Source: Macrostomum hystrix (lineage: Eukaryota > Animalia > Platyhelminthes). From it: DNA of 64,000 nucleotides. Below the pieces are notes generated by a model. The model ran no database searches, was not told the DNA's origin, and was given only the letters and a program-made list of their open reading frames with translations. The stretch lies in the NCBI GenBank assembly GCA_950097015.1, contig CATNEN010000001.1:21886001-21950000 (forward strand). Direction: 5' to 3'. Positions 33,197 through 46,487 of this stretch are shown one piece after another (position 1 is the stretch's first letter; the number at the start of each line of letters is the position of its first letter). A program made the translations under genes and the position numbers.

Positions 33197-34770
33197 ATGC
33201 TAGCCGCCGTAGCTTCAGCCTGCAACTTGGCAGTTCTGGAAGCGCCTCAGCAGACTCTGCAGCCGACTCGTGCGCCGTCCTCCGCAGCCGCCATCCTGGC
33301 CAAGGCGTCCGAGATTCTCATCCTGTCAGCTCGGCGGATTCTGGCCCGGCGGCGCGGCGACACCCCCGGCGGTGGAGACGGCGCAACACCCAGCGAAAAC
33401 TGCCACCAGGGGTTCGCATCGGCCTCTGAAGTCGGCGGCGATGGAGGCGCCGAGAACTGCGAAGGCGGAGACAGCGGCGGCAATCCCGACGACAACGAGT
33501 ACCCTGGCGACGGAGGCTCAGGTGACGGAGGCGGCGATGGCGGCGGCGGAGACGATGGAGGTGCAGCCGCCGACGCCGCGGCAACAGTTCGTCGGCATCA
33601 TGCCATCTACGAGATTGTTGACTCAGAGGAGAGCTATGTAAACAAGCTGCGCTTCATAGCGGAGAAGTACATCCCGCTGAAGGACGACTCCGAAGCCGGC
33701 CTGCCGCCCGACTTGGCCGAGAAGTGGAGCATCGTCTGGGGCAACTGGCGCCGCCTGCTTGAGGGCCACGAAGAGATTCTCGCCAAGCTGAAGCAGGCCT
33801 TCCAGACTGACATCGACAGTGTAGCTGGCGTCTTCATCGCCAAAGAGCGCCACATGAGCAGCTGGTACTCCAAATACTGCGAGAACCATCGCAAGGCACA
33901 GCACATTGCCTGCGAGCAGCATCGGGACTTCTTCGAGCAGGTGCGCCAGACCCTGCGCGACAAGGAGGACATGAACTCGCACCTGATGAGTCCGGTACAG
34001 CGGTGCATGCGGTATAGCCTGCTAGTGGGCACCGTGATCGAGAAGGCTCGCAAAGACGGACTCGAAGGCCGCGCCTTTGCAGACTGGGAACGCATGCGGG
34101 ACATCATGCGCGAGCTGCCGATGAAGACCGAGAGCATTATGGAGGCCTCTCGGATCGACAACCTGGAGCAGGGAATTCGGGTCACCGCTCTGGGCCAGGT
34201 GCGCATCAAGGGCGTCCTTCGGCTCTGCGTCCTGCCCGGCTCCTACAATCCTTCTACCAATCCACCGCCGTCTCAATTGAAATTTGAGCAGCGCAAAATC
34301 TTTCTGTTCGACCAGATGATGCTGGTGACGGAGATCAAGCGGTCCGGTAAGGCCAAGTCTGGTGCAGACCAGTTCAGCAACCTGCAGACCATCTACATCT
34401 ACCGCAGCAAGGTGAAGATGAACAACATGCGACACTTTTCGGCCTACAAATTCGCCGACGGGAGCGGCGAGAACAGCGGCCAGCTGTTCTGCGTCGCCGA
34501 CACGACACCCAGTGCCAATGTTGTCTACGTGTTCGACCCCGTGGACCAGGAGACCCGGGCTCAATGGGTCGCCGAGCTGCGGCAGATGGAACAGCAGCAG
34601 CAGGACTTTCTCAAGGTGCTGCAGAACCCTGTGATGGCCAGCGGCGGTTCCGCTGACCAAGCCGGTGGCAGCGGCGGAGGCGCCAGCGGCGCCGGTATCG
34701 GCGGCAGCGGTGGGATCGACTCCGGCAGGAAGAGTGTCAAGGACAAAAGCAAGTCGGATGGTGGGAAAAG
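33197..34770 (+). CDS. Dbl-family Rho guanine nucleotide exchange factor (DH-PH), large coding exon
   Basis: DH motifs RHHAIYEIVDSEESYVNKL, IVWGNW, YSKYCEN, LMSPVQRCMRYSLL; PH motifs RKIFLFDQMMLVT and WVAELRQM. ATG 33197, possible acceptor at 33144; donor AG|GTGAGT at 34771, so the gene probably continues. Confidence 0.88.
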
Positions 34771-35534
34771 GTGAGTGATTGGCTGCAGTTGTTGCGCAAT
34801 ATTTTTGCTAGCTTTTCTTAGAAATTTTTAACAGTCTTTGTTTCGCGGCTGAATGAAATTCTCAGAACTAATTGTCGATAACAAACAATTGGTCTTCGTG
34901 GGCATGTAATTAGAGGCGTACCGTCATTTAAATTGAACATTGCATTTCGACATTACGGCATTTGCCTATCAAAATGTCTTGTTCTAACATATTTCGTTCG
35001 AAATAATTGACATAAAAACCCATTGAAATGCTTTGAATTAAACTGCTATTAATGATATTGCTTTTTGCGTTTTTTGTTTTTGCATTTTTTTCACCAGCAT
35101 TCACTCGGAAATCGAAACCATTTAGTTGACACCTATTTTTCGTTGACAGCAATCATGTTATCCGTGTATTTGTGTGCTATGTATATGTACTTCAACTAAA
35201 AAATGCCTCCATGTGTCACGAGCGCAGAGATTTGATCGCATGGCAGTCAAGGGACAATTTTCTGTGTTCTATAACTATGACAGATAGCAAATTGATACTG
35301 CCGGTTTCACAGTCACGGCCGAAATTGGCTACTGAAGACAAACATGTCTTTGAATTTTATTCACATTGTGACTTGCTAATGCAATATTAAGCAAGCCTAG
35401 CTATCAGATTTCCTGCAGAACTCTTTTTTAGTTGAGGAACTTCAACTTGCTGCTATGAGAGTGGGAGCGTAACTCAACTATTTTGCTCTTTAGCTGCTTG
35501 TGAATACACTCATAGGAGTCAAATGAGTCAATGG

Positions 35535-37130
35535 TATCATAGGAGCCACTTTAATATCATAGGAGACACTTTGGAATCATAGGAGACACTTTGGAATCAT
35601 AGGAGACACTTTGGAATCATAGGAGACACTTTGGAATCATAGGAGACACTTTGGAATCATAGGAGACACTTTGGAATCACAGGAGACACTTTGGAATCAT
35701 AGGAGACACTTTGGAATCATAGGAGACACTTTGGAATCACAGGAGACACTTTGGAATCATAGGAGACACTTTGGAATCATAGGAGACACTTTGGAATCAT
35801 AGGAGACACTTTGGAATCATAGGAGACACTTTGGAATCATAGGAGACACTTTGGAATCATAGGAGACACTTTGGAATCATAGGAGACACTTTGGAATCAT
35901 AGGAAACACTTTGGAATCATAGGAGACACTTTGGAATCATAGGAGACACTTTGGAATCATAGGAGACACTTTGGAATCATAGGAGACACTTTGGAATCAC
36001 AGGAGACACTTTAGAATCAAAATAGACACTTTGGAATCATAGGAGACACTTTGGAATCATAGGAGACACTTTGGAATCACAGGAGACACTTTGGAATCAT
36101 AGGAGACACTTTGGAATCATAGGAGACACTTTGGAATCACAGGAGACACTTTGGAATCATAGGAGACACTTTGGAATCACAGGAGACACTTTAGAATCAA
36201 AATAGACACTTTGGAATCATAGGAGACACTTTGGAATCATAGGACACACTTTGGAATCACAGGAGACACTTTGGAATCATAGGAGACACTTTGGAATCAT
36301 AGGAGATACTTTGGAATCATAGGAGACACTTTGGAATCACAGGAGACACTTTAGAATCAAAATAGACACTTTGGAATCATAGGAGACACTTTGGAATCAT
36401 AGGACACACTTTGGAATCACAGGAGACACTTTGGAATCATAGGAGACACTTTGGAATCATAGGAGACACTTTGGAATCATAGGACACACTTTGGAATCAC
36501 AGGAGACACTTTGGAATCATAGGAGACACTTTGGAATCACAGGACACACTTTGGAATCATAGGAGACACTTTGGAATCATAGGAGACACTTTGGAATCAT
36601 AGGACACACTTTGGAATCACAGGAGACACTTTGGAATCATAGGACACACTTTGGAATCACAGGAGACACTTTAGAATCAAAATAGACACTTTGGAATCAT
36701 AGGAGACACTTTGGAATCATAGGAGACACTTTGGAATCACCACAGGAGACACTTTGGAATCATAGGAGACACTTTAGAATCAAAATAGACACTTTGGCAT
36801 CATAGGACACACTTTGGAATCATAGGACACACTTTGGCATCATAGGACACACTTTGGAATCATAGGAGACACTTTGGCATCATAGGACACACTTTGGAAT
36901 CACCACAGGAGACACTTTGGAATCATAGGAGACACTTTAGAATCAAAATAGACACTTTGGCATCATAGGACACACTTTGGAATCATAGGACACACTTTGG
37001 CATCATAGGACACACTTTGGAATCATAGGAGACACTTTGGCATCATAGGACACACTTTGGAATCATAGGACACACTTTGGCATCATAGGACACACTTTGG
37101 AATCATAGGAGACACTTTGGTATCACAGGA
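35535..37130. repeat. 20-bp satellite (AGGAGACACTTTGGAATCAT), ~80 copies
   Basis: Tandem units in register with the 60-nt lines. Confidence 0.96.
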
Positions 37131-37132
37131 GT

Positions 37133-37477
37133 GGTATCAGATTCGGTAGTTTGGTATCAGATTCGGCAGTTTGGTATCAGATTCGGCAGTTTGGTATCAG
37201 ATTCGGTAGTTTGGTATCAGATTCGGTAGTTTGGTATCAGATTCGGTAGTTTGGTATCCGATTCGGCAGTTTGGTATCAGATTCGGCAGTTTGGTATCAG
37301 ATTCGGTAGTTTGGTATCAGATTCGGCAGTTTGGTATCAGATTCGGCAGTTTGGTATCAGATTCGGCAGTTTGGTATCAGATTCGGTAGTTTGGTATCAG
37401 ATTCGGCAGTTTGGTATCAGATTCGGCAGTTTGGTATCAGATTCGGCAGTTTGGTATCAGATTCGGCAGTTTGGTAT
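37133..37477. repeat. 20-bp satellite (TTGGTATCAGATTCGG[C/T]AGT), ~17 copies
   Basis: Tandem units directly abutting the previous array. Confidence 0.95.
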
Positions 37478-38183
37478 AGCTCATTGTGACACTCAGGTGA
37501 CCACAGGAAGCATTTTTGTACCCTAATTCTGTTACGCATGTCGATGCACGCAGTGCTAAATGAGCAATGGAATCTCCAAGGCAGGTGTTCCCGATCTTGT
37601 TCTATTTCAGTTTCGGTTCAAGCAGCATGAGGCTGCCCAGCAGGCTAGGGTAAGGCCGGCTCATTATTCCCTGCACTGCCATTGTGCCGGAGTCGTTTAT
37701 TATCGGATTGCATGCCAAGCAGCTTTTTCTTTTGATTAGAAATTGCTCTTTTTTGTGCTCACAGCTTGTCGCTGTGCTCAAATTTTATTGTCTAGATCTG
37801 CCCAGCTCCCAAACCAGGACAGCCGATACTGCATGTCTTGAGTTCCACCGAATCAATCGATATTTACCTGTAATTTGATGTCTGGAGTAATTATAGAACT
37901 GAATAATGTTGGCCGCATTTAATTAGCCCCTATCTGTGATTGAAAATAGGTTTAAAATTGCACTTTAAGACTCAATACTTGCTTTCAATGCGATTCTTCT
38001 AAGCAGTCTAGTCTTTATCACTACCACAAGCACAACAAGGATTGCTCAAGTAACCATGCAAGTCCTTGAGCACAGCACATGGCCCAAGGCCAACTTAAGT
38101 ACGTGCCTATTCCCACCTGGTACAGAGTCTTTGTCCTACTGTTTGCTACTTACGATTCTCATACGATTCAAATCCTAATCAGT

Positions 38184-38705
38184 TCCCATCCCATCCCATC
38201 CCATCCTATCCCATCCCATCCCACCCCATCCCATCCCATCCCATCCCATCCCATCCCATCCAATCCCATCCCACCCCATCCCACCCCATACCATCCCATC
38301 GCATCCCATCCCATCTCATCCCATCTCATCCAATTTCATCCCATTTCATCCCATCCCATCCCATCCCATCCCATCTCATCCCATCCTATCCCATCCCATC
38401 CCATCCCATCCCATCCCATCCCATCCCAACCCATCCCATCCCATCCCATCCCACCGCATCCTATCCCATCCCATTATATCCCATCTCATCCCATCTCATC
38501 CGATTTCATTCCATTTCATCCTATCCCATCCCATCCCATCTCATCCCATCCCATCCCATCTCATCCCATCCCATTCCATCGCATCCCATCCCATCGCATC
38601 CTATCCCATCCCATCCTATCCCATCCAATCCCATCCCATCCCATCTCATCCCATCCGATCCCATCCCATCCCATTCCATTCCATTCCATCCCATCCCACC
38701 CCATC
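38184..38705. repeat. (CCATC)n microsatellite
   Basis: Pentamer repeat; source of the spurious SHPIP ORF. Confidence 0.95.
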
Positions 38706-38852
38706 TCGATCATATTTTGAGTACGCTTTAACCGAAGAAAAGGCTCACACTCAAGTTGGTGAATGTCATTATCAACCCTGACAGCAGATCTCACAGCTTT
38801 GTCCCACCTGTGGTGATTTTAATCATTTAGTGTAAGGCCTCTGTCTTGACAG

Positions 38853-39761
38853 CCTCCCCAACCAATGCCACTCCTGCCTCCGTCCAGAGGGAAGCTGAGC
38901 TTCATCACCCGCCACCGGAAAAGTCACCGTTCGGAGGCGGCCGGTCCTTCGGCAGCGACTGCAGCCGCGGCGAGTTCTTCGGCCCGTCCGCAGAGCTCCA
39001 GGGAGCGCAAGAACTCGTGCCCGGACTCGCAGGAGGCTAGTTCAGGCGGCGGCGGCGGCGAGCGAGCCGAAGGCGCCACATCCTCCTCTACATCCGGGCA
39101 TCATCATCGCGGTGCGGCTGGAAAAGTGAGAAGCGCTCTCGCGCGTTTACATTTTTAACTATTGCAAAGTGCGCTACATGCCTACTGATTTAAGCATAGC
39201 AGTAGTGTATTTCGTCCTAATTAAACCTAAAATTAGTATTGGAATACAATTCGTTTGAATTCATCTTCTGCAAGGCTAGGCTAGCCCAGTCTAGTTCTCG
39301 TTTGAATTTAGGCTTATCATGCCCGCCTTATTCCATTCCCTACGCCTTAAATCCAAAAGCTTACGATGATCGGTCACAATGGTTTCCTATTAGACCTACG
39401 GGAATATCTTTGCACACCCACCTCACTCCATTTTCCTACACTCTAAAACCAAAGCCTATTCTGATTGGTCCTGATGGTTTTGCATTAGGATTGGTCCTTC
39501 ACAAGTGTCCAGCAAATAACTTTCTTTGTTTGTTTCAACGAAACTTTCTAGGAACTGCGAAAAATTCCGTCGGAAATCGGCTCAAGCGGCAGTTACAACA
39601 ACGACACAGACATCTCGGCGTCTGGGCAGCAGCAGCAGCAGCAGCAGCCGCAGCAGGGCATCGCCAAAAAGAAGTCCGGCATCAGTTTCAACAGTTTGCA
39701 GAGTTTCTTTAGCAACAGAAAAAGCAAAAGCCGCTCGGAGTCCAAACTCAACCCGGCCTAA
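38853..39761 (+). CDS. Two low-complexity terminal coding exons (38853-39125, 39552-39761), probably the C-terminus of the RhoGEF
   Basis: TTGACAG|CCT...GGAAAA|GTGAGA and TTCTAG|GAA...TAA splice in phase 0: PPQPMPLLPPSRGKLSFITRHRK...AAGK-ELRKIPSEIG...SFFSNRKSKSRSESKLNPA*. The link to 34770 needs further small exon(s) (candidate 37611-37649) that I could not resolve. Confidence 0.55.
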
Positions 39762-40694
39762 GCAGCCTGGCGAGAACTGTACAACTCGCACGCGGTCAGT
39801 GCTTAAAAAGAATGCGTTCTCTTTGTTCGCGAACTTTGCGAGTCTTTTATTGCCGCTTTCTTTTGAAGCGTAATTTCTGTACAATGTAACAGTAACTGCT
39901 CTGTTTGTGAAACCGGAATCTGGAGTTCAGGATTGAAGATTAAAAGTCAAAACAATGTGTCAGGGAAGGCTGTGGTGTGACAGTGAGGGCTGTGGGGTGT
40001 CAGGGAAGACTGTTTGGTGCCCCCCTTCAGAAGAAACGGGAAGCGGTTAAAATCCAAGTAATATATGTTTTTTTACTAACAATTTAGTTTGTTAAATGCA
40101 AATTTAAAAGTTTTCACCAAGGAGTCGTCGTTAATTAAAAAAGTTTTTTAACTGTGGTTAGAAAACATCCTCTTTAGTAATATTTAATGACTATGGCTTC
40201 TGACAGTTCAACATTTTTCCGGCATGTCAACTACAATAAATAAGGAATTGTGTCCGTACCGCACTACTGAATTAGTAGTCTATATTGAAAGCTGTGCTAA
40301 TTTTGTGTCCGTTTTTGGCATTCGACTTGGCGGGTTGCGGCACTGGATGCGGTATGGTGCATTCTTGTCTGGCGCCCCTACACTAGCTTTCTGTGTGTTC
40401 TTCTTACAATAGAAATGTTGCGTTTTCTTTTGCTTCGTCGCAAGTTTTTATCCTCAGTAGTTTCTGTTAGTTTGTTGCTTTTATCTCCCAATAAAGATTT
40501 TTGTTCAGCAATTTTGTGCTCAGATACTTCACTAATATTTTGTCGCCCACTCAGTACTCAATAACTTTAGCTCGTATTGTGAGCCGCTGTGCTTTTAGCA
40601 ATAGCCTTTTTAATCAATAAGGATTTAATGTGTTAAGGTTTAAGGATTTAAGGTTAAGATGTACACTTAGGTCAAGGGTATAATGCTCGCACTC

Positions 40695-41180
40695 TACATT
40701 TAGGCCCAGGCTTAAGGCTTATGCGTACATGGAGGGTAGGGTATGAGGTTCGCATGTGTACATTCAGGCCCAGGCTTAAGGCTTGTGCGTACATGGAGGG
40801 TATGGGTGAGGCTCGCATGTGTACATTAAGTCCCAGGCTTAAGGCTTGTGCGTACATGGAGGGTAGGGTATGAGGTTCGCATGTGTACATTCAGGCCCAG
40901 GCTTAAGGCTTATGCGTACATGGAGGGTAGGGTATGAGGTTCGCATGTGTACATTCAGGCCCAGGCTTAAGGCTTATGCGTACATGGAGGGTAGGGTATG
41001 AGGTTCGCATGTGTACATTCAGGCCCAGGCTTAAGGCTTATGCGTACATGGAGGGTAGGGTATGAGGTTCGCATGTGTACATTTAGGCCCAGGCTTAAGG
41101 CTAATGCGTACATGGAGGGTAGGGTATGAGGTTTGCATGTGTACATTCAGGCCCAGGCTCAAGGCTTGTGCGTACATGGA
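40695..41180. repeat. 64-bp minisatellite, ~7 copies
   Basis: Period 64 (40861 vs 40925). Confidence 0.9.
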
Positions 41181-42472
41181 GAGAAGGTGTATGAGGAGAC
41201 TTGGGTGTTCGTAGACTGGGGATATAGGTTTCAAACTAACCTCATGAAGCGTAACCTTCTTCTTTGATTTGTCCATGACCTGGTAATAAACTTTTTTGTT
41301 TAGAAAAAAACTTGTAATAGTCGTAAATATGTTCTGTTCCTTATTTAAATGTGGCCATCTAGCACATTGCGAAATATAGTAAACAAGCCTGTTTGTACTT
41401 GTTGTCAACAAAACACTGTGTGTTCCTTAATTTTTCTATCGTCCAAAAACAGAATCGCGCGCATCCGATTACAGTTTAAAAAATATTTTATTTCTTGTAC
41501 GCGTTTTACTGCTATGAAAGAAACAAAAAGTTTCGCCTTTTGCAGTCGTTTTTTGTTTGAATGTACTCGTTTCATGCGCCGATGGTCCATCGCTTTGTTT
41601 ATTCCTTTCTTGTAAAGCTCTTTGGTCGCTTTTGTAGCAAAATGTGTTCACTGTTTATTTGTGATATTTTTGTTCCTCGATAGTTCGCTGGAGAAGACGG
41701 CCTGGAATCGATAATTAATGTTTATAACAAGACTTGAAAGTCTAAACGCGCCAAGAGTTGGTGCAGGCCCGAGCATTGTTGCAATGCGCACACATTTCAA
41801 GGCCTTTTCAAGTCATTTCAAATAATTTTCTTTAGTAGTCCAGCTGCAGAATAATATTGTTGCTACTTGAAATTTTCAATACTGTTAGTAGAGTTCAATG
41901 GTCGAAGAAAAAAATTTAAGTAACGAAGAGCTATCAATAAAGAAGTCTATTTCGGATAGTTTTTATTGCCAAGAATGATATAAAATATAACTAATCTACC
42001 AAGCTCATGCTGAATGGTCCACAGAAGACAGATTTCTAATTTTACAAAAGCAGACTACACTTAATATCACAGATATCAATAGAAAACAAGCAAATGCTCC
42101 AAGGACTCATAATAAAACCCGTTTAAAACAAAGATAATTTTCATTTCATAAAAAAATGGTGAACTGTTTGTGACTTTCCGTAGCCAGCGGAACGAAGCAA
42201 ATAGAAAAGCAGTGAAAATATACCAGAATAAGATTGCAAACAAGGCAGCAGTGAGTGTTTAGCAGAACAGAACTTAAATATTGTGCTTTTAATAACGATA
42301 GAGTTTACACAAAGTCCCACTGTTCAAACACTAGAAACATCTTGCTATCAAAACAGAAGCTTCGCTTATTTACACATATTTTAAGCATGATGATTGCCTT
42401 AATGGACAATATGTCCAGAAGATTGAATGAGTCTGTGAGTTTGCAAGCGCGTGGTGGATACTTGATCTGTTC

Positions 42473-44707
42473 TCATAGCGACGGCAGCTGCTTCACTGCC
42501 GCTGTCTTCTTGATTGGACCTTTGCGCGGATCGATAACTCGCTGATCGGGCGGAATGTTTCTGAGATTTGGCGGCGATAGTGGGCAAAGATGTAGAGAAG
42601 CATCATATAGCCTTTCCTGACACACCACAGCCTTCACTGACACACCATAGCATTCCCTGACACACCACAACCTCCATTGACACACAACAGCCTTTCCTGA
42701 AACACCCCAGCCTTCCCTGACACACCACAACCTTCCCTGACACACCACAGCCTTCACACCTGACACACCTGACACCTGACACCTGATACACCTGACCCAC
42801 CGCACGTTCCCTGAACCACCACCGCCTTGCTTTAAAACTACCCCACAGCCCAGATCTCTCTGTCACCCAGAATTATTTGGCACAAGGTTGCCCTACTCAG
42901 CACTGTCGCAAGAAGACCAGCGAAGTCAAGCAATTTAAGTTCGCTCACCTCTGCCCGATGCTTCGCTTGGGCGAACCTCGCGGACTTTTCGGCCGGTTGC
43001 CGCCACCAGCGCCGCCGTCGCCTGAGGCAGCGGCTGTGAGGGCGTTGGATTTGCGAATCTCACCCAGGTTGACATTGATCTGGTTGATTTCCTCCTGGAT
43101 GTTCTTGCGCTCTTCGTTGGCTTTGTGATAGGCCTGATGAATTCGAAATGTATTTTAAATAAAAATTCATGCAAAAACTTACAGAACATATACCAATTAA
43201 GGACCCGACAAACCCGTTATTTGGAAAATCTCGTGTTTGGAAACAGATTATATGTTATATGTGGGATGTCCATAGTGGCCTAGTTTCACCAGTTTTAGCC
43301 CTTGAAGGTCCAGCAGTCCGTCTATACAAAGATGGGTGACCACCGAAGACGGAGAAGATGCAGGCACATTCGGGTGACTTCTGAGTCAGATGACGGAGAC
43401 GACCCAATTTAGTGGCTAGCCTCTAGCTTGGCCTTATACGGTCTAATTCTAGTGCTCCTGTTGAGCAGCTCTAAGCTACTAAAGCTAGTGTATTTTGGGC
43501 TTGATCCTATACAAGCAGCAGTGGTTGTGGACATAGACGATTCTCAATCTGCTTCATCGTCTCAAATAAAAGTGCACATTGCTGTAGTCCAACAGGTGAC
43601 ATGCTGATAAATATTGAAGGCCTGGCAAGGCTGCAGTGCTAATTAGTGTATAGGGGTGTATGAAATTCAAAAGTTCTCACGAGAAAAATCACACCTTCCG
43701 CCAAAACCATTGAATATCTCGACGTTCTGAAGAGCTGGCTACTTGATTATTGTTTCAGAAGATGCGCAACAAAAAGTTTGCCCTGTTCTTGAGTTTCGTG
43801 TGCTTCCGTTGCTCCGTTCGGGTGAAGCAAAAAATGGTCAGGGTGGAATTTCAACCCCTTGGTAATTTCTATTGCTAACTAACTCACCTTAGCTTCCTGA
43901 TCCACTCGCCAATCTATGTCTTTTCTCTGATTGATTAGGCCATTCTTCTCCTTCTGCAACAGTTTAATCATATTCGGTGTAGCCGATCCGAATTCAGTTG
44001 TAATAGTGTTGGACTTGACAATGCGTTGGACTGAAATGGTCATAGTGTTATAATGAACAAACCAGATACCGCTAATTCAAGGCCAATAATTAAGATACAA
44101 CTTAGCGCAACTTACTATCTTTAGAAGTTTTAGACGCTTGCATAACTTTTTCCTGCAGAATAACAATCTGTTTTCTCAGCTGTTCATTGATTTCTTGCTG
44201 AATCTCGAAGCGAGTCTTCCATTCGTTGCCTGATGAAAACATTTCGCAGTAAGTAGTTAATAGGTCTATTTAAATGATGTTTTAAATTTGATAAATGGTA
44301 ATTTTTGAACAGCGTGTCACTTACTTTCATCTTCAATGCCCTCGTATCGCTTCTCTAACTCGGCAACCGTGACAGCAAGCTCATTGCAGGATTCCTCCAC
44401 CATGTCTCTGGTCGTTTGGAAAGGGGGGATTGAAGCTTATATGAAATTGCTGAGAAGAATCATGTCAAATCTTACATTTTAATTTGCATACATTTCCCAA
44501 GCCCCTGCATGGAAAATATTTTTTATAGCTTTAGCTTACATATGCATAGCTGTGGCTGTATCCTACAGTTTTTTATTTTATAAGAAATTCTTGCATTATC
44601 TAAAAATGTGTATTGTTACATTGCGAGCGAAATACGTACTTCATCTGTGTCTCCTGCATCAGGGTGGCGCGAAGCCTTTCAAGGTCAAGGTCTTCATCAC
44701 TGAACAT
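42473..44707 (-). CDS. CCDC169: Coiled-coil domain-containing protein 169 homolog; exons 44707-44640, 44407-44325, 44229-44116, 44030-43888, 43133-42949, 42560-42473
   Basis: All five GT-AG introns are phase-consistent. Translation NEWKTRFEIQQEINEQLRKQIVILQEKV ... DQEAKAYHKANEERK ... RKGPIKKTAAVKQLPSL* matches CCDC169 as recalled ([50 protein letters not shown]). Start codon is uncertain. Confidence 0.85.
42610..42797. repeat. ~20-bp CCTGACACACCACAGCCTTC minisatellite in the last CCDC169 intron
   Basis: Tandem units; a short related reverse copy lies at ~39957-40015. Confidence 0.8.
43270..43833. repeat. Dispersed repeat family R, longest copy (CCDC169 intron)
   Basis: Contains all the blocks seen in the 5.3, 48.4 and 50.0 kb copies. 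Confidence 0.75.
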
Positions 44708-46487
44708 TTTTCAAGAAGAAAAAATCGTATAATGAAAAATGATGGCTATTTAAATGAATGTAGGTATGGCTCTTTTAAAGAAGATTTATCAGAGTGGCTG
44801 TCCCATACAATGCTTAAAATCTAATTCGGCGTGCAAAGTTGAATTACCAATAATCTGAAGACGCGCGAATAAAACAAAATATTTATCACAAAATGCAATT
44901 AATCATAGCGTTCATTCAACCAATGCTTTCGTAAATCTCTAGCTGAAAAGTTTAAAAAATAAATAATCCTAAAGATATAGGTTCTATAAGATTGAATTGA
45001 TGATGTAGCGCATGTAACGACGTATCTGATTCTCCAGTAGTCTTTTAGTCCATTTAGACATTTAGACAGGTGGATGATTATAGTAAACTTATGAACTTTT
45101 TGAGAGTTTGAGTATATAATTAAATTCGACTTGGCTATCAGCCAAAATTAAAAACTATATCTAAAGCCGACAGACAGGCTAGGCTTAGGCCAAGGCCTAA
45201 GCCTAGTCATAGGACCTAGCTTGTAGTTGTAAGTCTACCTACTAGCGACTATACTGTACTAGGGCCGACTACTAGATAGGCCCTAATAACTTTTAGGCTT
45301 GCTAGGCCTAGCTTTGAAGTTATGAATATCAGGATGGTTAATAGGCCCCTATTAATTATTGATGTTATATCATTTTTGAATTGCATGTTTTATTCTTCAA
45401 TTGGCTTAAATATTAGAAATCTAAGTCTTTTGATTTTTTTGCTAGCTTAATTGATTTATGCTATATAAATCCCTATTGGAAAAGTGGACAAGTGATGTCT
45501 AACCATACATTTCATTTTATTTGGGGTCAATAGGCCCCTACCAAAGTTTTCATATTCAATGTGGATCATGTTTTGAGATAAAAATTTTGACCTCATGTTG
45601 CATGTCCCCAGATATTTCTACTCTTATTCTAGTTGGGATTTAAATAGGTCATATTTATCAGAAAATATCTTTTTTATTCTTTTTCATGTTAAATAAGAAA
45701 GGTAGGCCTATTGAATTGATGTAAATTGAAAAAAAATGATATTTTCACTTGTTATTGTACCTAGAACTTCCTAGAAGATAGTATAGCTATATTTATCTAT
45801 TAGCTGATTTGATTTTGTTCTTAATAGTCTTATTTGGTAAACTACAAAACTAGCTAAATATTTACCTACTAGGTCCCACTCTTACTTAGGTTGGGTCAAG
45901 ATCAGAATCATGTGTTCTATGCAAGCTATTTTTGTCACAAATTTATTATAGGTGGTATACATTTCAAGCAAAAATTGTCTTAACTTATTTATAATGAACA
46001 ATACCACAAAATTTATGCACTCTTAAGCTGTCATATACTCTTAATTGTGTGAAGGGTATTTACTATTTGGGTAGGCCTATAACAAATAGTATTATTTGTT
46101 ATACCTGTTGTGCACTATGAATTTTAGGTGATTTCTAGTATATAATTCAAAATACTCAGCATATTTTACCATTAGAAATGTTTTCAGACTTCAGATTTGT
46201 GGTCACAAGTTCGAATTTGAGTTCAAGAGTGTCAATTTGTAGTATCCTAAAGCCAGACATATAATTCCCTTTTGTTTTAACTTCACCACACCTAAAATTC
46301 AAGCATCTATAGATAAGGTAGGGTCAAGAAATAGATTTCAGTTGCTAAGGAATTGTAAAGTTATTTTATATACAATGCTAGCTTCTGAGCCAAGTCAAAG
46401 GGCTACTAGAAATAGCTACTTATGCAATCACTTTAATAAAATAAAAACTTAGCAAAATCTCCTAAAATTCCAATCCTTCAGCCAGTC

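Noticed and set aside
43133-43150. CTGATGA...GAAA hammerhead-like core
   Set aside because: No room for stem II and no flanking stems; it is the reverse complement of a CCDC169 splice acceptor.
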